From assembly GCA_002687715.1 (NCBI GenBank), contig NZBC01000204.1:1135-65134 (forward strand): a stretch of 64,000 nucleotides of DNA, given 5' to 3'. Positions within the stretch are counted from its first letter, which is position 1. Each line of letters begins with the position of its first letter. The DNA is from Planctomycetota bacterium (GTDB lineage: Bacteria > Planctomycetota > GCA-002687715). The notes under the pieces are model-generated. The model made no database searches, had not been told where the DNA came from, and saw only the letters and a program-made list of their open reading frames with translations. The position numbers and the translations under genes were made by a program. Shown here in pieces: positions 36,846-47,582 of this stretch.

Positions 36846-37265
36846 CCCCCGCGGACCCGGCCACGGAGACGCCCTGCGCGGAGCCGTAACCGGTGACAGT
36901 CACGGTGGTTACCGCGCCATCGGGTGGTGATCGGAACCGCGCGACCCGACCTCGATGGGCGTCTCCGGGGGTCGAAATGAAAAAACAGAAAGCGTGCCAG
37001 AACGCCGCTATGAGATTCCCTTGACTTCCCCAAGTCCAAGCCCGAGACTGACTAAGTCTCATTCTTGAGAACCTTCTCCAGCCCGTCTTGAAAAGGTCTT
37101 CAGGAATCCGGTGGACGCCGAGTGCAGGCGCGGCCAGAATTCGCATCTCTCGGGTGTCGGTCAGGTCGGTCACCAAGGCTTGCCGTCGTCCGCCACGCAC
37201 ACAGGTAAACAACTCAACAGGTGTGACTTAGAGCGCTCGCCCTTGGCGAGACATGGGAGCTCTGC

Positions 37266-38735
37266 ATGTCACGAGAACACGCTGCCGGCAATGTCTGGCA
37301 AGGGGTGCTGACACGCATCCGCAGTTGCGTCTCGGAACAACAATTCGACACGTGGTTCCGCTCTGTGGAACCCGCAAGCTGCTCCGAAGACGTTTTGGAG
37401 CTGACGGTCCCCAACACCTTCTCCCGGGAATGGCTCCGGAAGAAGTATGCGGACATCATCCTCGGCGCTGCGGCGTCCGCCAACGGCGGTCGTCGTCCAA
37501 CGCTCAGGATCACGGTTCGCGAGGGTGAGGAGCCCGATGCTGGCGCCGTCGCCGTCGCGACGGCCGCCGAACCGTCGAGCCACCCTTCGGGAGACGAGGG
37601 CGACTCCGCGTCGGCGCGGAATCCCGCCATCCTGATCGAGAGCGTGCTGCCGGCCCGGCCGCACGCGAGGGCTTCTTCCACGCCTGCGACCGAGCGGACC
37701 GGCGGTGCGTGGCTGAACGCCGACTACCGCTTCGACTCGTTCGTCGTGGGCTCGGGGAACCGCCTCGCGTACGCGGCGGCCATGGCCGTCGTCGACAAGG
37801 AGCAACGGATCTACAACCCGCTTTTCGTTCACGGCGGAGTGGGGCTCGGCAAGAGTCATCTGCTGCAGGCGATCTGCCAGGCGTGGAAGACGCGCCGACC
37901 GGACCAGCGGGTCATGTATGTGCCATGCGAGCAGTTCATCAATCACTTCATCGCCGCGGTCGATGGGGGGAACCTGGACCGTTTCCGTCGCCGGTACCGC
38001 GACGCCGACATCCTCGTGATGGACGACGTGCAGTTCCTCGCGGGCAAGGAGCGGACGCAGGAAGAGTTCTTCCACACGTTCAACCATCTCCATCAGCGGC
38101 AGAAGCAGATCGTGCTCTCGGCCGAGGTCCCGCCGCGAGGCATCGCCGGCCTTTCCGAGCGTCTGATGAGCCGGTTCCGCTGGGGCATGGTCTGCGAGCT
38201 CGAACAGCCCGGTTTCGAAACCCGGCTCGACCTCGTGCGCCAGCGCGGCGAGCATCTCGGACAGCAGCTGCCCGACGACGTCGCAGCGTTCATCGCCGAG
38301 AACGTCCGGTCTCACATCCGAGAGTTGGAGGGTGCGGTGACCCGGGTCGTCGGGCACGCCCATCTCTCCGGCCAGAACGTGGATCTCGCGCTGGCTCGGG
38401 AGGCCCTGAAGGATCTGGTCGTCGAGCGACGACGCCGGGTCACGATCGACCACATCGCCCAGGCCGTCACCCGCCAATACGGGGTCAAGCTCGCTGAGCT
38501 GCAGAGCAAGAAACGGACGCAGGTCATCGCGCTGCCGCGCCAGATCTGCATGTTCCTTGCGCGCCGCCTCACCGGGCATTCCCTCGAGGAAGTCGGTGGG
38601 TTCTTTGGCGGCCGGGACCACTCGACCGTGCTCTATGGCGTCGAGCGGATTCGGAAGAAAGCGAAGGACGATGCGGCGCTCCGCGAATCCGTCGAGCAGC
38701 TTGCTGCTCAGGCCCTCACGATCGCCGGATCGTAG
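37266..38735 (+). CDS. dnaA: Chromosomal replication initiator DnaA
   Basis: Domain I (WQGVLTRIRSCVSEQQFDTWFRSVEP). AAA+ module: YRFDSFVVGSGNRLAYAAA...NPLFVHGGVGLGKSHLLQAI (Walker A)...LVMDDVQFL (Walker B). Domain IV: KKRTQVIALPRQICMFLARRLTGHSLEEVGGFFGGRDHSTVLYG. Confidence 0.97.
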   Translation: MSREHAAGNVWQGVLTRIRSCVSEQQFDTWFRSVEPASCSEDVLELTVPNTFSREWLRKKYADIILGAAASANGGRRPTLRITVREGEEPDAGAVAVATAAEPSSHPSGDEGDSASARNPAILIESVLPARPHARASSTPATERTGGAWLNADYRFDSFVVGSGNRLAYAAAMAVVDKEQRIYNPLFVHGGVGLGKSHLLQAICQAWKTRRPDQRVMYVPCEQFINHFIAAVDGGNLDRFRRRYRDADILVMDDVQFLAGKERTQEEFFHTFNHLHQRQKQIVLSAEVPPRGIAGLSERLMSRFRWGMVCELEQPGFETRLDLVRQRGEHLGQQLPDDVAAFIAENVRSHIRELEGAVTRVVGHAHLSGQNVDLALAREALKDLVVERRRRVTIDHIAQAVTRQYGVKLAELQSKKRTQVIALPRQICMFLARRLTGHSLEEVGGFFGGRDHSTVLYGVERIRKKAKDDAALRESVEQLAAQALTIAGS

Positions 38736-38977
38736 GTCGTCGTCGGACAGGGGGACGGAGGGTCAGTCAGGTGCATCGCGAGCCCCGATCTCGAGCTGCA
38801 TCTTTCACCCCCACGACATCTTCGATGGGTCGCCGAACCCACCTCCCAGATGTCGCGGCGCAAACCCGTGCTCGCGATCGTGGCTCAGGCCCTCCCGACC
38901 TACCGGAACGTCATTTGCACGGCTATAATACGGGCCTCTGGCCTGAGCTCTGAGCCGGCCACAGGGGAGGTGTGCGA

Positions 38978-40077
38978 ATGAAGTTCCGAGGGAAACGCCA
39001 GACCCTTCTGGAGGCCTTCACGATTGTGGGGTCTGTGGTGGCGCCACGTTCCATCAAGCCCATCCTCCAGAACCTGAGGTTGGTGGTTGATCCGGGGGGC
39101 GCCACGCTGCTCGCGACCGACCTCGAGGTCGCGATTCGCTACCGCGTGGAGCTCGAGGAGGTGGAGGAGAGCGGCGACGTCCTGCTACCGGTGCAGCGGC
39201 TGCTCGGCATCTTCCGCGAGGCCGACGGCGAGGACGTGTCCTTCGTGTCCGACGACCGCGCACTGAAGATCGCCTGCGGCAACGGGGTGTTCAAGGTCCT
39301 CTGCGAGGACCCCGAGGAGTTCCCCCAGATCCCCGAATTCAAGGAAGACAAGGCGTTCGTCCTCGACCGGGAGCCGTTCCGCCTCCTCATCCGCAAGACG
39401 ACCTTCGCCACGGCTCGCGAGAAGACGCGCTATGCGTTCAATGGCGTGAGGTTCGAGGTCGAGGGCGACGTTGCCCGCATGGTTGCGACCGACGGCAAGC
39501 GCATGGCCGTGAAGACCGTGGGAATCGACAACCCGTCCGACATCTCCGCCGGGCACATCATCCCCACCAAAGGGCTGCAGACGTTCGACCGCGTGCTCTC
39601 CGACGAAGACCCGAAGGTGCGCATCAACCTGGAGGAACGCCAGGTCATGGTGCGTGCCGGCAACGCCGAGGTCTCGTCACGACTCGTCGAGGGCGCGTTC
39701 CCCCGCTACGACGCCGTCATTCCCAAGGAGACCGTGCTCACCGCCGAATTCCAGCGCGAAGACCTGCTGTCGGCGCTGAGGCAGGCGGCGATCCTCACCA
39801 ACGACGAGAGCCGCTCTGTGCGCATGTCGTTCACCGAGGACAGCCTCGTGCTGACATCGCGGGCGATGGACGTCGGTGAAGCGCGGGTCGAACTCACGAC
39901 CGAGGTGAACGGCGAATCGCCGGACGTCGCATTCAATCCAGACTTCCTCGTCGAGGGCATCAAGGTCATGGACGCCGAGAGGCTCAAGATCTCGATCTCC
40001 GGCAAGGACACCCCGGCCCGTATCGACGGCGAGGAGAACTTCGTCTATGTGGTCATGCCGGTGACGCTGCGGTCCGG

Positions 40078-40081
<4 letters not shown>
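38978..40081 (+). CDS. dnaN: DNA polymerase III beta sliding clamp
   Basis: ATG at 38978 preceded by GGGGAGG: [38 protein letters not shown]...ATDLEVAIRY...ATDGKRMAV...FNPDFLVEGIKVM. The tracked ORF begins 2 codons earlier at a GTG. Confidence 0.95.
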
Positions 40082-42905
<2,824 letters not shown>

Positions 42906-43382
42906 TCCTCACCTGCCCCACTGGATCGTTGTTTTTCGCCCCCCCGGCGCGGGTTTTCGGCCCGGTGAAGAAAGGGGATCCGCTGCGGAGTGCGCAATCC
43001 GGGTCCATCCATGCCGTCGATCGGGGGGTTTCCCAACACAACCCCTGCAAACGTGAGAGATGCAGAACCTGTCTCCGCCGTCATCTTTGTTTTGCGGCTT
43101 GCAGCGTCCGGTCGAAAACCGCAACACCCGACATCGCAAGGGTTTTCGGGCTCATACCGTCGAGCCGGGCCGATAGGGGAGCTGTTCGTGGCGTAGCGCG
43201 GTCCGCAGCTCACCTCATGAGTATCTGGCCCGCGTCCGTCTGAGAGTGCGAGCGGGAGAGACATTGGCGCGTCTTTCCCATTCGAGACGGCCGCGGGCGG
43301 GAGAGGCGACTCGATGGAGTGGCCAGACCCAGGGGTGGTTCAAGAACGTCGGCGGGTCACCCGCCGAGGGGGGGTTGCAACG

Positions 43383-44912
43383 ATGTCAGATACGGCGACG
43401 AGTGTCGATCTGGAGTTCCTCAGGAACGCGGACAACCTTCCTGCATTGCCCGCAGTGGCACTCGAGGTCATTCGCCTCACGCAGCAGGAAGAGGTTGACC
43501 TGGAGGAAATCGGCGAGACCGTGGGGCGCGATCCTGCGCTGGCCGCACGACTGGTCAAGCTCTCCAACTCTCCGCTCTTCGGGCGGGCCCAAGAGGTCAC
43601 CAGCATCAACCAGGCGCTGATGGTCCTCGGCCTCAAGGCCGTCAAGATGGCGGCGATCTCGTGCTCGATGGGCGTGGCGATGTCCAGTCCGGACCTGGGC
43701 TACGGTCGCGACGAGGACTATCGGAGCTACTGGCGGCGCTCCGTCACGGCGGCGGTTGCGTCGAAGCAGCTCCTCTCCGACAAGAACCGTCAGCTCGCCG
43801 ACGAGGGGTTCCTCTGCGGCTTGCTGATGGACGTCGGCTTCCCCACGCTGCTGCGTTCCGGTCACGAGCCCTATCGTCAGGTCATGTCCGCGGTGGACTC
43901 CGGCCACGCAGATCCCATTGCAGAGCGAGAGGCTCTCGATGGTGCGGCACACTCCGATGTCAGCGCGCACGTCCTGCGGAGCTGGGACCTGCCCGAGGTG
44001 CTTACGGTGCCCATCTCGTGGCACCACGACCCCGACGGTCTCGAGGAGGACGTTCCCGAGGACGCCCGCATCCTGGCGAAGGTCCTCAATTTCGCCCACG
44101 ACATCGCGACCATCGTCTCTTCCGAAGACAGCCGTGGCACGGCCTTGAAGCTGGCGCGGAAGAAGGCAGAGGACTGGTACGACCTCGTCGGCCAGGAATT
44201 CGACGAGTTCCTCAAGGGTCTCACCGAGAACGTCCACGGGCTGGCGAACCTCATGGACGTCGACGTCGGCAGTCCGGAGGAGATGGCCAAGATGATGATG
44301 CAGGCCCAGGAGGACATGCTCGTCATGGCCGTGGGCGCGAACCAGGAGCTGGAGCGCACCCAGGACAGGCTGAAGCAGCTCGCGGAGAAGGCGGAGACGG
44401 ATGCGTTGACCAGGATCCGCAACCGCGCCGCCTACGACGACTTGGTCGCGGAGCACTGGAGGCTTCGCACCGAAGAGGGCGACGAGACGTCCATCGGTCT
44501 CATCATGGTCGACGTGGACAAGTTCAAGGTGTTCAACGATACCTTCGGCCACCAGGCCGGCGACGAGGTCCTGAAGCACGTCGCGGAGGCGTTGTCCACT
44601 AGTTGCCGGACCGGTCTGGGTGATGTCGTCTGCCGCTACGGCGGCGAGGAGTTCGTCACCATCGTTCCCGGCGTGACGGTGGACGAGCTCGGCGGGGTCG
44701 CCGAGCGTTTGCGCCGTGCAGTCGAAGACTTGACCGTGGCCACGGATCGGGGAATCCTGAAGGTCACGGCGTCGTTCGGTGCGGCGCACGTCGCGCGCAT
44801 CCACGCCGGGGTCACGAGCTCCGAGGTGCTCGAGCTTGCTGACCAGAACCTGTACGCGGCTAAGGACTCAGGCCGCAATCGGTGTGTCGTGTCGGCATTC
44901 CCGCAGGACTGA
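43383..44912 (+). CDS. HDOD domain - GGDEF diguanylate cyclase
   Basis: ATG at 43383 in ORF 43314..44912. HDOD: LPALPAVALEVIRLTQQEEVDLEEIGETVGRDPALAARLVKLSNSPLFG...INQALMVLG. GGDEF: DALTRIRNRAAYDD...MVDVDKFKVFNDTFGHQAGDEVLKHVA...CRYGGEEFV (GGEEF active site). Confidence 0.9.
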   Translation: MSDTATSVDLEFLRNADNLPALPAVALEVIRLTQQEEVDLEEIGETVGRDPALAARLVKLSNSPLFGRAQEVTSINQALMVLGLKAVKMAAISCSMGVAMSSPDLGYGRDEDYRSYWRRSVTAAVASKQLLSDKNRQLADEGFLCGLLMDVGFPTLLRSGHEPYRQVMSAVDSGHADPIAEREALDGAAHSDVSAHVLRSWDLPEVLTVPISWHHDPDGLEEDVPEDARILAKVLNFAHDIATIVSSEDSRGTALKLARKKAEDWYDLVGQEFDEFLKGLTENVHGLANLMDVDVGSPEEMAKMMMQAQEDMLVMAVGANQELERTQDRLKQLAEKAETDALTRIRNRAAYDDLVAEHWRLRTEEGDETSIGLIMVDVDKFKVFNDTFGHQAGDEVLKHVAEALSTSCRTGLGDVVCRYGGEEFVTIVPGVTVDELGGVAERLRRAVEDLTVATDRGILKVTASFGAAHVARIHAGVTSSEVLELADQNLYAAKDSGRNRCVVSAFPQD

Positions 44913-44942
44913 TCGGCGCCTGGCCCGAGCGGCCGCCGATCA
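44910..44942. terminator. 9-bp-stem hairpin spanning the stop codons of two convergent genes
   Basis: TGATCGGCG (44910..44918) pairs with CGCCGATCA (44934..44942). No U-tract, so terminator function is only a guess. Confidence 0.3.
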
Positions 44943-45482
44943 CGACGGCTCGCGACCCTCTTCATCCGACCCGAAGTAGTCGGGGTCCGCGTACACCGTC
45001 GTGTCGTCGGTGGTCGGGGCCGGTTCCGATTCGGCTGATGAAGCTGCGGAGGGCTGCGACGACTCTTCGGGCGCCCCAGCGTCGGGTTGAGGATCTCCTC
45101 CCCACTCCGGCCCGGGCTCGCGGGAGGGATCGTCGTCGTACACCTCTTCCTTCTCCGCTTCCTCGTCCTCGTGGTTCCACGGATCCTCTTCGAGGTCACT
45201 CTCGGACGGGTCATACGAGTCGAGGTCTTCGGGAGAATCGATCAGGTCTCGCGTCCCCTCGTCTGACTGCTGAAGCTCGGCATCGATCGCATCGTCGGCT
45301 TCGCGATCGATGTTCGTGAGCTCGTCCTGGACTCCGCGCAGGCCCTTCTTGAACTCCATCAGCCCGCGGCCCAGTGACCGGCCGACCTCTGGCAGACGGG
45401 ATCCGAAGATGAGGAGCCCGACGACCAGGATGATCATCATCTCCTGGAGACCGATCGGGCCGAGGAACGCGAGGAATGACAT
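44940..45482 (-). CDS. tatA: Twin-arginine translocase TatA/E-family protein with a ~125-aa acidic C-terminal tail
   Basis: ATG at 45482: MSFLAFLGPIGLQEMMIILVVGLLIFGSRLPEVGRSLGRGLMEFKKGL (TatA TM helix plus amphipathic helix; FG hinge), followed by a D/E/P/S-rich low-complexity tail. Confidence 0.85.
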   Translation of the reverse strand: MSFLAFLGPIGLQEMMIILVVGLLIFGSRLPEVGRSLGRGLMEFKKGLRGVQDELTNIDREADDAIDAELQQSDEGTRDLIDSPEDLDSYDPSESDLEEDPWNHEDEEAEKEEVYDDDPSREPGPEWGGDPQPDAGAPEESSQPSAASSAESEPAPTTDDTTVYADPDYFGSDEEGREPS

Positions 45483-45541
45483 GGGCAACCATTGTACGGG
45501 GGCAGCCGAGGACCCCCAACCGGGTACAGTGGACCTTCGAC

Positions 45542-47557
45542 ATGTCGAGACGACAGGCGATGGCGGGTCTTGCGATGGCCGCCCTGCTGGTGGCGGCGTT
45601 CTGGACCATCGTCCGGCCCGATCGGGACGAGCCGCCGGGGGGATCTGGTGCTTCGCTGTCCGGCGTCAATGCGGCTGGAGACGCCTCGGGCCTCACGAGT
45701 TCGGAAGATGTGCGGACCCGCCGGTACAAGGAGCCGGAACTCGGGCCCACGGTCGGTCCGTCCCGGGCGGGCCCGCCCGTGGCGGTGCGTTTTCGCGTCG
45801 TCGACGGCGACATGCCGGTCCTCGATGCGAGCGGCTACCTCCTCGTTGCTCCGCGCGAGCGCCTGTCGGCGAGCCAGCGCGTCCCCATCGTCGACGGTCG
45901 TTCGGTCGTCCCCGTGACCCTGCATCCGGGGTTCTGGGCGATGGGTGTCTACCTCGCCGGGTGCGCGCCGCAGTCTCAGTTGCGGTTCCCGGTGATCGCG
46001 AAGCGCGGCGCCGAACAGGTGATCGACGTCCCGCGGCCGGGCGGCGGGGTCACGATCACCGGCGTTGCGACGGATTCGAACGGCGCCCCCGTTCCGGCCG
46101 ACTACCTGCTCCTGGTCGAGGTCGCGGCCCGGTTCACCGAATCGAACCCGAATCACCCGGATCAGTCCTTCCGCAACGGGTTCATCCGCACGTCGGCGGG
46201 GGGACGGTTCCACTACGCCTTCGCCGGCGCGGCGAGCGACGTGCGGGCCGGGGTCGCGCGCGACGTCGATCGCGAGCACGAATTGTGGGCGTCGTTCCCC
46301 AAGCCGTTCCACCGTGCGGTGCTCGCCGAAGGCACGACCTGGGATCTCGGAACCGTTGCCGTCACCGATCCGCCGTTGCTCTTCGAGGCGGTCTTGTCGG
46401 CGGAACCGCCGAAGGACCTGACCGACTTGTTCTGGGTCGGGGAGGACAAGGTGTCAGGCGAGCGACTCACCACGGTGAACGTGCAGTGGGCGCTGCGTCC
46501 GGCGGGCGCGGAACGGTTCGTCGACCTCGGTCCATGGGGCCACTACACGTGGAACGGGGCGCCGGGCGCGCGCGTCCGCATCCTGGGAGAGATGCCGGGA
46601 AGTACGGCGTTCGACGCCGCGGCGAAGGCCCACGATTGGGCATGGAGGTCGCCGGAGGTGCTCGCGCCGGGAGCCCGGGGCGTGCGGGTGCATCTCGTTC
46701 GGACGTGCGCCGTGAAGGGCGTGGTCGTGATGCCGGGGAGACGCAACCGGGCGGCGGTGAAGGTGCGACTGCTTCAGGCGGGCCGGCCGCGGTACGTCCT
46801 CGAGAAGCTCCGCTATGGCGGCGAATTCTGGTTCCCGACCGTGGTGCCAGGCCTTTACACAGTCGAGGTCGTTGCGCCGCTGTGTCCCCCGTGGCGCAAG
46901 GAGGACGTGGTGATCGCGCCGCGCGACGGTGCGCGCAATGTCGACCTGGGCACGATCACGGTCGGCGCGGCGTGGACGTCGGCGGAAGTGTTGCTGCGCG
47001 ACGGCCGTGGCAGTCCGCTGCCGGCGCCGGTCGCGGCGGTGAGCGACGGACGCCGTGGAACGGCGACGTTCGACGGGGAAGCGGATGGGAAGGTGAAGGT
47101 GTCATGGCCGACAAGGTCCGCGGGTCCGGTGGAGATCTGGCTCTGGTCGGAGGGCTGGGTGCCACAGCGTTTCACCCCGAAGGACCTGCCCTCGGTCCTG
47201 ACGCTCGACCGCGGCACGTTTCTCTCCATTGACCCAGGCTTCGACCCGAGCGACCTGGCCTTCCCCGGGCCGCTCACGGTGCGGCTCGCCGCGACCTCGA
47301 AGACCCGGGTGGCGCGTTCGCGCCTGCCGACGCAACGGAGCGACATCACCTCGGCGCTCGACCTGGCGATGGGGCCGTTCCCGCCGGGATCCTGCCGGCT
47401 CGCGCTCGAGATCTCGGCGCGGCTGCCCTCCGGCAAGCGGCTCGCCCGCAGCTTCCCGGTCGGAGAGGTTGCGATCCTGGCTGGCGAGGATGAGGTGGAG
47501 TTCGCTATCCCGGCGGACGTGGTCAAGCAGCTGCGCGCCGCGGTTTCACGACGTTGA
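45542..47557 (+). CDS. Signal-anchored/secreted protein with several carboxypeptidase-regulatory-like (Ig/prealbumin-type) beta domains; function unknown
   Basis: ATG at 45542 in ORF 45476..47557: MSRRQAMAGLAMAALLVAAFWTIV. Recurrent segments of type VRFRVVDGD..PVLDASGYLL, GGVTITGVATDSNGAPVPADYLLLV, CAVKGVVVMPG, LYTVEVVAP. Confidence 0.5.
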   Translation: MSRRQAMAGLAMAALLVAAFWTIVRPDRDEPPGGSGASLSGVNAAGDASGLTSSEDVRTRRYKEPELGPTVGPSRAGPPVAVRFRVVDGDMPVLDASGYLLVAPRERLSASQRVPIVDGRSVVPVTLHPGFWAMGVYLAGCAPQSQLRFPVIAKRGAEQVIDVPRPGGGVTITGVATDSNGAPVPADYLLLVEVAARFTESNPNHPDQSFRNGFIRTSAGGRFHYAFAGAASDVRAGVARDVDREHELWASFPKPFHRAVLAEGTTWDLGTVAVTDPPLLFEAVLSAEPPKDLTDLFWVGEDKVSGERLTTVNVQWALRPAGAERFVDLGPWGHYTWNGAPGARVRILGEMPGSTAFDAAAKAHDWAWRSPEVLAPGARGVRVHLVRTCAVKGVVVMPGRRNRAAVKVRLLQAGRPRYVLEKLRYGGEFWFPTVVPGLYTVEVVAPLCPPWRKEDVVIAPRDGARNVDLGTITVGAAWTSAEVLLRDGRGSPLPAPVAAVSDGRRGTATFDGEADGKVKVSWPTRSAGPVEIWLWSEGWVPQRFTPKDLPSVLTLDRGTFLSIDPGFDPSDLAFPGPLTVRLAATSKTRVARSRLPTQRSDITSALDLAMGPFPPGSCRLALEISARLPSGKRLARSFPVGEVAILAGEDEVEFAIPADVVKQLRAAVSRR

Positions 47558-47582
47558 CGCCCGTCGCTACAATCCGCGAACG

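Noticed and set aside
36846-38977. Canonical DnaA boxes (TTATCCACA) around dnaA
   Set aside because: Only scattered 7/9 matches were seen (e.g. GGATCCACA near 36308 and TCTTCCACA inside dnaA), none clustered in the intergenic regions. I cannot call boxes by eye.
42929-43243. ORFs of 62-120 aa inside the gyrB/GGDEF spacer (42929..43243 +, 42902..43264 -, 42990..43196 +)
   Set aside because: They have no RBS, mutually overlapping frames, and atypical composition and codon bias. The region is treated as non-coding.
43386-44804. 472-aa minus-strand ORF, and the 313-aa + ORF 43661..44602
   Set aside because: Both overlap the well-supported HDOD-GGDEF gene. They have no recognisable domains and their composition is skewed to R/G/A/P/D, so they are artefacts.
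45310-47232. 640-aa + strand ORF overlapping tatA and the secreted-protein gene
   Set aside because: It is a different frame from the ORF that carries a signal anchor and sensible composition. It is extremely Arg/Gly/Pro-rich and is rejected as a high-GC artefact. The same reasoning applies to 3801..5075, 35652..36695, 37269..38621, 41055..42353, 50608..52128, 52243..53628, 53523..54659, 54653..56350, 55267..56466, 55487..57100, 58520..59485 and 58924..60384.
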